DNA of 50,644 bases from a virus, in the IMG/VR virus record IMGVR_UViG_3300027868_000001, positions 1 to 50,644 of that record, one strand, 5' to 3'. Made by a program: the position numbers and the translations under genes. Below are positions 7,861-14,386 of the stretch, one piece after another (the stretch's first letter is position 1; each line of letters starts with the position of its first letter). The notes beneath the pieces are model-generated. The model did not search any database, was not told the origin of the DNA, and saw nothing but the letters and a program-made list of their open reading frames with translations.

Positions 7861-8109
7861 TTAATAGTTCAAAATATATTCTTTAGCTTCTTCCTTGGAA
7901 ACCTGCTTCCCTTCCCAATCAAGCCAAATCTCATCCATAAAATCAATAGCATCCAATAAGGCTTGTTTTTGCTCAGGAGAATCCTTTTGCGCCGCAGCGC
8001 TCAGCGATACGCCGCCATCCGCCCATTTCTGAAGCGCCACTTTAGCTTCGTGAGTTTCCAGATCCCAGCCTTTTACCGTACCCCATTTCAACGTTAATGA
8101 ATTAGCCAT
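7861..8109 (-). CDS. hypothetical early protein
   Basis: 82-aa ORF. Confidence 0.6.
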   Translation of the reverse strand: MANSLTLKWGTVKGWDLETHEAKVALQKWADGGVSLSAAAQKDSPEQKQALLDAIDFMDEIWLDWEGKQVSKEEAKEYILNY

Positions 8110-8148
8110 ATTCTTTCCTCGGTTATAGTTGTCAATTAAGAGCGTTGG

Positions 8149-8601
8149 TCAAATAGTACCGGCGCCTATAGCCGTCAATAATTGAGTGTCCAATATTTCA
8201 TCCACTTCATCGCTCGACATTTGCGGCCTGTAATCCGTCTCAAACTTATTCCCTTTTCCGTGATTGCAGGCGCCACATAAGACCTGCAAGTTATTAAACA
8301 CTAAAGCCAAATGAGGGTATTTCTTTCTCGGCTTAATGTGGTCAACATTCAGAACAACATTATGTTCCTTCGGTGATCGACCACACATCATACATTTGCA
8401 CTCATAACGCTCTAATACCCTGACTCTAAGCTCTCGCCATTCAATTGAGCTGTAAAATTTATCACTGCTACGTTTAGTAACATCTTTCTTGCGTTGCTTC
8501 TTATTCTTCCTGCGTTTCTTCTTAGCGACTTTCAGTTGTTTGGTTGTTAACCACTTGCTTGTTTTAATATCTTCAGGTTGTTTCCATGACCAATCATTCA
8601 T
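8149..8601 (-). CDS. HNH homing-type endonuclease
   Basis: CKCMMCG...NVDHIKPRKKYP....NNLQVLCGACNHGKGN is an HNH/zinc motif; Lys-rich N-terminus; ATG at 8601 preferred over the TTG at 8613. Confidence 0.85.
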   Translation of the reverse strand: MNDWSWKQPEDIKTSKWLTTKQLKVAKKKRRKNKKQRKKDVTKRSSDKFYSSIEWRELRVRVLERYECKCMMCGRSPKEHNVVLNVDHIKPRKKYPHLALVFNNLQVLCGACNHGKGNKFETDYRPQMSSDEVDEILDTQLLTAIGAGTI

Positions 8602-8645
8602 AATACACACCAAGTGGTGGACAAAGGCTCATTTGCTCACAAACA

Positions 8646-8678
8646 AGCCCCTACCCAAAAATAAGGGCATTAGGGGCT
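8646..8678 (-). terminator. stem-loop (8-bp stem) followed by GTTTGT on minus strand
   Basis: AGCCCCTA (8646-53) pairs with TAGGGGCT (8671-78). Confidence 0.4.
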
Positions 8679-8910
8679 GAATACCGTGCGGAGCCACAAG
8701 AGGACGATCCGCCCAGCTACGCCTTATCACAGTTGCGTAACTTCAGCCTGTACGGGTGCAGTGACACCCCCTACCGCCTTGGCTTTGCCTGGCTTGCGCT
8801 GGTAGTCTTCATACGCTTTAAATGTTAGCCGGTGAGGTTAGTCCCTTTCGCTTCTATCGGTTTGATAGGGCAGACAGGCATCATCTCTCTCTAACATCGA
8901 GCCAAGGTAT

Positions 8911-8938
8911 TTGATGGAGAACAGTTTTTTGGTATAAT
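8911..8938 (+). promoter_or_regulatory. near-consensus sigma70-type promoter on plus strand (antisense to the early operon)
   Basis: TTGATG (8911-16), 16-nt spacer, TATAAT (8933-38). Confidence 0.4.
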
Positions 8939-9026
8939 CCGGGCTGGCCGGATAAAGTGATTCGTTACCAATCTAACTGTCACCAATGGTACTGAAATAC
9001 CGATGGCTTATTTGCTTTAAGACTAA

Positions 9027-9044
9027 GGGCTGAACGAACAGCCC
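9027..9044 (-). terminator. hairpin downstream of CDS 9079-9447
   Basis: GGGCTG-AACGAA-CAGCCC; weak U tract (TTAGTCTT) on the minus strand. Confidence 0.4.
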
Positions 9045-9078
9045 CCAACACATAAAGACTTGAAACTAAATATTATAC

Positions 9079-9447
9079 TCAATAAAGGCTGTTGTACAGT
9101 TCTAAATCTTCACCTTCAAGGGGCAGCATTTCTGCCGGTACTCCACACTCACCTTCTAAAAACACAGGACAATCAAGACCGCAACCGCCATTAATCCCAA
9201 CAACATAACAGCCGCTCATGCCTACAGGATAATGGCCGTCGATATTAGCCATGGCATTTCCCATATTACTAACGTCTTCCATAGTCCTAATGGGTCGGGT
9301 TATTCTATGATCTGTTTGAGTTACACCAAAACCGCCATAAACCTCCTTGCTGCACGCAATTAATTGCTTTTTGTTATAGCCGTTAGGATACTTATCTTTT
9401 GCTAATGCAGCAGATTTTTTAACTAGCTCTCTTTCTGGACTCCACAT
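9079..9447 (-). CDS. hypothetical Cys-rich protein
   Basis: 122-aa ORF; SGCYVVGINGGCGLDCPVFLEGECG cluster. Confidence 0.65.
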   Translation of the reverse strand: MWSPERELVKKSAALAKDKYPNGYNKKQLIACSKEVYGGFGVTQTDHRITRPIRTMEDVSNMGNAMANIDGHYPVGMSGCYVVGINGGCGLDCPVFLEGECGVPAEMLPLEGEDLELYNSLY

Positions 9448-9492
9448 ATCATAATTCCTTATGGTTAAGGGGTTTGTCCACGTTATTTACTC

Positions 9493-9720
9493 CTATTGTG
9501 CGTTAATGGGTTTTGCTTCGTCCGGATCATCTGGTAAATCCCTTAGAGCATCAATAGCTTCTCTGAAAATCCAGGCACTAAACGCCCAATCATCATCTTT
9601 TCGGTTTTTAACACAATAGCAGTGATCATCGACTACAATAACGGAAAAGCCATCGTTAAATATGGCCACCGTTTGAGGCGGGTAGGTTTTTCTCTTTGGT
9701 AGTTCTACAACATTGCTCAA
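9493..9720 (-). CDS. hypothetical early protein (TTG start proposed; track ORF extends to 9795)
   Basis: The RBS cassette ATAGGAGTAAATAAC precedes the TTG at 9720, identical to the cassette at 9482-9496. Confidence 0.5.
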   Translation of the reverse strand: MSNVVELPKRKTYPPQTVAIFNDGFSVIVVDDHCYCVKNRKDDDWAFSAWIFREAIDALRDLPDDPDEAKPINAQ

Positions 9721-9721
9721 G

Positions 9722-9970
9722 TTATTTACTCCTATGATTAGGGGGTTTATCATCCAACCACTTAAGGATTTCTTGAGCGCGAACAGTTCCGACATGAATC
9801 AGCTTTGTTAATGGCGCTCCGCTAGCCACATAATCCTTAATATCCTCTAAAGATTCGGCCCCAGCGCAGATCAGCGCATTAGCCGTCCCAACATCTAGGC
9901 CATCCCAGAATTTATCCGGCCTTTCCTTGGATGACCTCATGTAGCGCTCCATTTCACTGTCTTTCTTCAT
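9722..9970 (-). CDS. hypothetical early protein
   Basis: ATG at 9970 preceded by AGAGGAGTTGATAG. Confidence 0.6.
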   Translation of the reverse strand: MKKDSEMERYMRSSKERPDKFWDGLDVGTANALICAGAESLEDIKDYVASGAPLTKLIHVGTVRAQEILKWLDDKPPNHRSK

Positions 9971-9975
9971 AACTA

Positions 9976-10131
9976 TCAACTCCTCTTCCAGCCGTAAACT
10001 GTGGCACCAAACTTAATTAACCCCTCTTTGACAATAGCTCCCTCATCGCTGACAGATTTAACTTTTCTCCAGCCAAGGGCCGTCTTAATCTTTTGCCCTG
10101 CTTCTATATTCGTGCCTAGTGTAAATGTCAT
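9976..10131 (-). CDS. hypothetical micro-protein (51 aa)
   Basis: Hand-translated MTFTLGTNIEAGQKIKTALGWRKVKSVSDEGAIVKEGLIKFGATVYGWKRS; the same RBS AGAGGAGTTGATAG upstream. Confidence 0.5.
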   Translation of the reverse strand: MTFTLGTNIEAGQKIKTALGWRKVKSVSDEGAIVKEGLIKFGATVYGWKRS

Positions 10132-10483
10132 AGCTATCAACTCCTCTCTATTAATTAATAAATACTAAAGCCCGTAGCGTGGGCAAGACGGCAAGATCAC
10201 AGATTAGGACAACAGCTTAGCTCGATAGGCACAGAAGTTATCCAACCCGATGGCAACCACGCCTAACGTCTTCAACTGCTGAAGGAGTAGGATATCGATA
10301 AACGATCACCTTCCGCTCTTGCTGCCAGTGTTATATGCTCCACCGCTGGCTGGGCTAATACGCTTGGAGCTATGTGCTGTGTGGAGTCGAACCACCGCGC
10401 TTTTAACGCTGACGCATAGAAACTTCCTTTCCGCCGCTGCAAGCACCTATGCAGCACTCCAGCACACAGCTTCAAACGTACTC
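10132..10483 (-). ncRNA. ORF-free structured block with multi-stem element and terminator-like 3' hairpin (candidate ncRNA)
   Basis: Only low-complexity overlapping ORFs, no credible CDS. Closing stem GCTGTGT..GGAGT / ACTCC-ACACAGC (10376-10470). Hairpins at 10337-70 and 10270-84. GCCC-N7-GGGC plus a T-rich tail at 10170-84. Confidence 0.4.
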
Positions 10484-10792
10484 CTATTGTGTTTTAGGTT
10501 TATAATCAATCGGGTTATATGATTCCTTTCTCCATTCCCAGTGAGCTTCTTGCTCAACTGCTCCATAATCGCCGTATACTGCTGGCTCTTGCCAAACTTT
10601 AAAAAGATAATCACCAGCGCCCTCTGTGAAAATATCCGTATAATCTTCCAAAAACTCCTCTTCAATATCTCCCAAGGTGGTAGATGTAAAGTGTCCGTCA
10701 GCACCGCAAATAAAGGGTTCATCATCGCCGGTATAGAAAAACTGTACAAAACTATCTTTTCGCATTGACGGCATTATTATTTGGTCTTCCAC
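10484..10792 (-). CDS. hypothetical early protein (GTG start)
   Basis: 102-aa ORF; RBS GCGGAGTAAAAGAAC precedes the GTG. Confidence 0.6.
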   Translation of the reverse strand: MEDQIIMPSMRKDSFVQFFYTGDDEPFICGADGHFTSTTLGDIEEEFLEDYTDIFTEGAGDYLFKVWQEPAVYGDYGAVEQEAHWEWRKESYNPIDYKPKTQ

Positions 10793-10815
10793 GTTCTTTT
10801 ACTCCGCTATTGTGT

Positions 10816-11037
10816 TTAATATTTAGAGCCTTCAAGCGAAGGATCACAGGCATCCATAGCCATTTCCCTGGTAACAGTTCTGCTCTGCTCTTCTGCTTGG
10901 GATTGTAGGCAGCAATTACCATGATTTAATTCAGTAGTGTTCCAGTCAACTGAAGCCGCGTTAATCTCATCAATCGTTAACGGATCGCCATTTTCGTTTA
11001 TAGGCTGACCGCAATATCCGCATCTAAAATATTTCAT
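10816..11037 (-). CDS. zinc-ribbon protein
   Basis: MKYFRCGYCG...; start moved to the ATG preceded by CGGAGTAAGT. Confidence 0.6.
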   Translation of the reverse strand: MKYFRCGYCGQPINENGDPLTIDEINAASVDWNTTELNHGNCCLQSQAEEQSRTVTREMAMDACDPSLEGSKY

Positions 11038-11047
11038 ACTTACTCCG

Positions 11048-11242
11048 CTATTGGGGTGTATCACCCTTGTTAGGTTGTGCTTTATCAAAATAAATAGCGC
11101 ACGGTTCGCCTTGTTTCACGCTGTAAACTTCAGACAATACGCACGCTGTGTCAAGGTGCGGATACTTGAAATAAGGACACCCGCTGTCACAAGGCCGCTT
11201 TGGCTCTTTGCTATCAAGTGCTGTGTTAATAGGGTGAGCCAT
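11048..11242 (-). CDS. hypothetical Cys-containing protein
   Basis: 64-aa ORF. Confidence 0.55.
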   Translation of the reverse strand: MAHPINTALDSKEPKRPCDSGCPYFKYPHLDTACVLSEVYSVKQGEPCAIYFDKAQPNKGDTPQ

Positions 11243-11248
11243 TACTAT

Positions 11249-11458
11249 CTACTCCTGTTTATCCAAATAACCAAAGCTCATAACCTTTTGAAACCAGCCT
11301 GGATCATATTCGTTGGCAATCCAGAGCGGAATAGATAGCCCTATAAGGCAAATAACGACCATTAGAGCGCGCTTTAGGTTTTCCTCTGTGTATATGCCTT
11401 CTTTCCTCAAACGCTCACTATCGGCCACTGATTGGTTGTAATCTTTAAGTCTGCTCAT
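11249..11458 (-). CDS. membrane micro-protein
   Basis: 69-aa ORF with the TM segment VVICLIGLSIPLWIA. Confidence 0.55.
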   Translation of the reverse strand: MSRLKDYNQSVADSERLRKEGIYTEENLKRALMVVICLIGLSIPLWIANEYDPGWFQKVMSFGYLDKQE

Positions 11459-11469
11459 TGCTTTGCTTC

Positions 11470-11661
11470 CTATGGCTTAAGGTTGTTCGTTTCTATCCAG
11501 CGCTTGCAGACAGCGAGAGCCTTTTTCTTTAATCTATAGCGTGTTGTGTGCTCTACATATTCGCCACCAATCAGACAGCAGAAAGAATAACGGTACTGGT
11601 TGTAGCCAATAAAGTTGTGGTATCTTCTGATTTCAATATTGTACGGTTCCCAATCTTTCAC
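11470..11661 (-). CDS. hypothetical early protein
   Basis: 63-aa ORF. Confidence 0.55.
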   Translation of the reverse strand: MKDWEPYNIEIRRYHNFIGYNQYRYSFCCLIGGEYVEHTTRYRLKKKALAVCKRWIETNNLKP

Positions 11662-11915
11662 TTCTCTACTCCGTTTAGCTTGTCGTCCATATACCCAATA
11701 TCTCTTAAATTTAATTCAATATTTACGGCCATTTCTTCAATTGCGTTCCACTCTTCAGACTCTAGAGCAGTTACGCCGCCAGCGTTAGAACCTTGAGCCG
11801 ATAGAACCGCGTTTGCTATTCCCCATAACTTACTAAGAAGCACGTCATTTGGGAAAACCTCTTTTATTCCACTGTTCGGCTTCCATGGCTTTATTTGTGT
11901 GTTGTCATCGCTCAT
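11658..11915 (-). CDS. hypothetical early protein
   Basis: 85-aa ORF; 4-nt overlap with the next gene. Confidence 0.6.
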   Translation of the reverse strand: MSDDNTQIKPWKPNSGIKEVFPNDVLLSKLWGIANAVLSAQGSNAGGVTALESEEWNAIEEMAVNIELNLRDIGYMDDKLNGVEK

Positions 11916-11932
11916 TACAGTACCCTTATTCC

Positions 11933-12148
11933 TTAAATAAATATGGTTGTCGCCCCCTCAAAACTGGGTAGGTCTTTTTTCGATATCGGCCTGAAATCAC
12001 TTGGCTTAAAAGTTGGTACAAGCCTTTTCTGGCGTAGATCGATATTCAAAATATTAGCCGCGTCTTGATGAGACGTAGCACGAACCACCGCCGCTGTGAA
12101 TATTGGGGTATAGCCTGCGAAATTCGTTGCTATGTAAAACCTATTCAT
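11933..12148 (-). CDS. hypothetical early protein
   Basis: 71-aa ORF. Confidence 0.55.
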   Translation of the reverse strand: MNRFYIATNFAGYTPIFTAAVVRATSHQDAANILNIDLRQKRLVPTFKPSDFRPISKKDLPSFEGATTIFI

Positions 12149-12377
12149 CTAGCTTGGCCAGTCGCTTTTCAATCAGGCTCTCACCGAGCGTCAAAATATC
12201 ATCGAATTTCCCATGCTTGGTAACAACTATCCTTGGCTTCGGCGTCCTGTCCTTATAGTAGGCCCAGTCTCTGAGAGTTCCCTCAGCAATCACCAAGCTA
12301 GGATGCTTTTCCTCTATCTGGCGTGACAACTTGGTTGCACCATGGATTGTTAAGTAATCGGCTAAAACTGTTTTCAT
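12141..12377 (-). CDS. first leftward gene; possible small HTH regulator (Cro-like position)
   Basis: 78-aa ORF abutting the divergent intergenic region; GATKLSRQIEEK...EGTLRDW is HTH-like. Confidence 0.4.
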   Translation of the reverse strand: MKTVLADYLTIHGATKLSRQIEEKHPSLVIAEGTLRDWAYYKDRTPKPRIVVTKHGKFDDILTLGESLIEKRLAKLDE

Positions 12378-12506
12378 ATCGGCTCCTTTCGTGTTATTGT
12401 CTCATAGCAATACGCGGAATGTCTACGAATAAAACGTAATATATCCACGCCTACTTATTCATATTTATTATTGGATCGACAGGGTTTGATCTGTAATACT
12501 TTCACC
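12378..12506. promoter_or_regulatory. divergent control region between leftward and rightward early operons
   Basis: 129-nt AT-rich gap between oppositely oriented genes; small inverted repeat TATTG-N8-CAATA; candidate -35/-10 TTGGAT-17-TAATAC on the plus strand. Confidence 0.4.
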
Positions 12507-12749
12507 ATGAAAAAACGAACCTACTTTCTAGATGCGGATTTTAGACGACAGCCAAAAACAACACTGTTTTGCGCTAAGTGCCAAAAGCCTGTTAAAGATA
12601 AAACTATTCTCGCATGGATGGAGGACGATGGATCTTGTCAAAATCTAGTACACAAGGATGATTTAAACGGCTCCGAATTCCAAGTCTGTATTGGGCCAGA
12701 ATGCAAAAAGCAGATACCTAAAGAGTATCTAATACTTTCACCACGTTAA
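12507..12749 (+). CDS. zinc-finger protein
   Basis: ATG at 12507 (the track ORF begins at a TTG at 12471); CAKCQKP...CIGPEC. Confidence 0.6.
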   Translation: MKKRTYFLDADFRRQPKTTLFCAKCQKPVKDKTILAWMEDDGSCQNLVHKDDLNGSEFQVCIGPECKKQIPKEYLILSPR

Positions 12750-12768
12750 ACGAATAAGGGGAATAGAG

Positions 12769-12996
12769 ATGAGCAGATCACAAAGAGAAAAACTTGATAA
12801 ATACCTTGATCAATTTCCAGAGGAAAGAAAAACCACAGGCAAGTGTCCTACATGCAGCAGCGAGATAGGCGCTATAAAGCCAAGCGAAGAGGGAGATGTG
12901 TTTGATTCGTGCGTAACATGCCCGGACTGCAACGAATTGTTTTTTAGAGTGGTTCAGTATAACGGATCAGTTGCAAGCTCCCTGCTGCCGCAATAG
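12769..12996 (+). CDS. zinc-ribbon protein
   Basis: CPTCSSE...CVTCPDC. Confidence 0.65.
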   Translation: MSRSQREKLDKYLDQFPEERKTTGKCPTCSSEIGAIKPSEEGDVFDSCVTCPDCNELFFRVVQYNGSVASSLLPQ

Positions 12997-13139
12997 ATTA
13001 ACCCACGGATAAACTGCCAAGGATGGCTATATAGACCATTATTAAAAGCTGTGCTGTAGATATAGGTTTTGAGTCTCCCAAGGCAAGATAAATCGCAGCA
13101 CAGCCTCTAATAGCGGTTTAACCAGCAAAGGTAATTAAT

Positions 13140-13289
13140 ATGAAACGCGAAGACATTTCAGAAGCAATTGACCGGCTATTTGCAGAGGTCGATAAAGAAA
13201 CGGGCAATACTAAAGATGAGCCGATTACCGATGTATTTATTACTGGCAGATCTGACAATGTTATTTATGTTGATTTTACTGGAGCGTGA
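13140..13289 (+). CDS. micro-protein (49 aa)
   Basis: Hand-translated MKREDISEAIDRLFAEVDKE...VDFTGA; ends inside the first GGAGCGTGATAAATGA junction. Confidence 0.45.
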   Translation: MKREDISEAIDRLFAEVDKETGNTKDEPITDVFITGRSDNVIYVDFTGA

Positions 13290-13292
13290 TAA

Positions 13293-13463
13293 ATGATTAG
13301 AACGGAAGTTGGCCGCGTTGAAATATGGTCACACAAGGATGGCAAGATAGACATACATTGCGGCTCTAACGAGATGATCGAGGGAATGACCCTTACTAGT
13401 CTTGACGATTTAGAGCGAGCCATTGCAGAGCATAAACGTAAGCTAGAGGAGCGTGATAAATGA
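13293..13463 (+). CDS. micro-protein (56 aa)
   Basis: MIRTEVGRVEIWSHKDGKIDIHCG...KLEERDK; starts and ends at the GGAGCGTGATAAATGA junctions. Confidence 0.5.
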   Translation: MIRTEVGRVEIWSHKDGKIDIHCGSNEMIEGMTLTSLDDLERAIAEHKRKLEERDK

Positions 13464-13642
13464 GTGAGCCAAAGCTTGTAATAAATATTAGCGCTTCATT
13501 TGATTATATGGAGCCGCCTAAAACAATGACCGAATCAATATTTAGAAAGCAAGCCGATGCAAAACTAGACAGCCTTGCTTATGGCTTAATCCCTGATATT
13601 AAAAACAAATTAAAAGCCATGATACAGGAGCGTGATAAATGA
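13460..13642 (+). CDS. micro-protein (60 aa)
   Basis: ORF-track entry; ends ...QERDK at the third junction. Confidence 0.55.
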   Translation: MSEPKLVINISASFDYMEPPKTMTESIFRKQADAKLDSLAYGLIPDIKNKLKAMIQERDK

Positions 13643-13860
13643 TATATAGCGCAGATCTACCCGCCGAAACTTCAGCCGTTGATTTTGATTCAGAAGCTAA
13701 ACGATTAAAGCTTGATGGCCGATGTATTGGTGGCTGGATTGAAGAGCCTTTATTGAGCGATGAAGAAATACAGGCCGATAAATCCGCTTCTGAAAAAGTA
13801 TCTTTGGCTGTGAATAGAGCTATGGAACAATTATTTCCGGGTATAACCAATAAGGGGTAA
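13639..13860 (+). CDS. hypothetical protein
   Basis: 73-aa ORF; ATGA coupling. Confidence 0.6.
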   Translation: MIYSADLPAETSAVDFDSEAKRLKLDGRCIGGWIEEPLLSDEEIQADKSASEKVSLAVNRAMEQLFPGITNKG

Positions 13861-13863
13861 GTG

Positions 13864-14010
13864 ATGTCAGGCGAAGATGAAGAAGATGAAGAATTTGAGT
13901 ATCCAGAACCCTTTTTTTTTGGCTGCACTTGTGATCACGAACCCGACGAGCATGGATGGGGCGAATGCGATGTAGAAGGGTGCGATTGCGAGGGCGGGTG
14001 GGAAGAATGA
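13864..14010 (+). CDS. acidic Cys-rich micro-protein (48 aa)
   Basis: MSGEDEEDEEFEYPEPFFFGCTCDHEPDEHGWGECDVEGCDCEGGWEE; contains a T9 run at 13912-13920. Confidence 0.45.
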   Translation: MSGEDEEDEEFEYPEPFFFGCTCDHEPDEHGWGECDVEGCDCEGGWEE

Positions 14011-14089
14011 AACCTAAACACCCCCTAACACTATTTACAATATACATTATTGTTATGGTGTTGGTGGATTTTATAGAGAGGATACCGAT

Positions 14090-14362
14090 ATGAGCAAAGC
14101 GCACAAAGAAGCAATGAAAATACTTGAAAAACATGAATCTTTGGATTTTGTCGGGCTGGCATGGGAGATAGCAAAAGAAGCCCCGGCGACTTTTTGTAAG
14201 GCTGCTTACAAGTTCGGAGCCACGCAAGATCCAAAAATAAAAGCAGAACTAGAATGCATGGATCTAATGCGTCAAGGTAAAAAAATTAATGCTATCAAGT
14301 GCTGGCGGAATGCCACAGGAACAGGACTGAAAGAATCAAAAGAGTTCGTCGAGTCACTTTAA
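14090..14362 (+). CDS. protein with ribosomal bL12 (L7/L12) C-terminal-domain-like segment
   Basis: C-terminus GKKINAIKCWRNATGTGLKESKEFVESL versus E. coli L7/L12 [30 protein letters not shown]. Confidence 0.65.
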   Translation: MSKAHKEAMKILEKHESLDFVGLAWEIAKEAPATFCKAAYKFGATQDPKIKAELECMDLMRQGKKINAIKCWRNATGTGLKESKEFVESL

Positions 14363-14386
14363 TTAACAGCATATAGAGAGGATGGT

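Larger units (their letters stand above)
8614..9078. ncRNA. ORF-free structured block (candidate ncRNA; strand unresolved)
   Basis: 465 nt without an ORF >=60 aa in six frames; only 13-25 codon mini-ORFs on the minus strand; bounded by hairpins at 9027-9044 and 8646-8678; G+C-richer than neighbours. Confidence 0.35.

Noticed and set aside
8614-9078. Group I intron carrying the adjacent HNH endonuclease; TTAGTC (8838-43) and GACTAA (9021-26) are complementary like the P7 R/S elements
   Set aside because: The flanking ORFs are complete genes with their own starts and stops, so no interrupted host gene exists. The GACTA/TAGTC order is wrong for R before S on either strand. No P/Q elements or G-binding site were recognised.
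10376-10470. Canonical (type II or Sec-like) tRNA suggested by GGTGG-TTCGACT-CCAC and a 7-bp terminal stem
   Set aside because: No register gives a cloverleaf with a 7-nt anticodon loop. The best loop (TTAAAAG) would sit directly against the T-arm. The terminal stem has two competing registers, one of which consumes half of the T-arm. The element is kept only as part of a generic structured-RNA candidate.
13281-13642. CRISPR-like array from three identical 16-mers
   Set aside because: The repeats are too short, the spacing is unequal (167 and 179 nt), and the intervening sequence is coding. Each repeat is an SD/stop/start junction.
13599-14234. Minus-strand ORFs 13599-13928, 13820-14227 and 14031-14234
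   Set aside because: They are antisense to a tightly coupled plus-strand operon, have low-complexity or odd composition, and have no RBS. They are most likely spurious.
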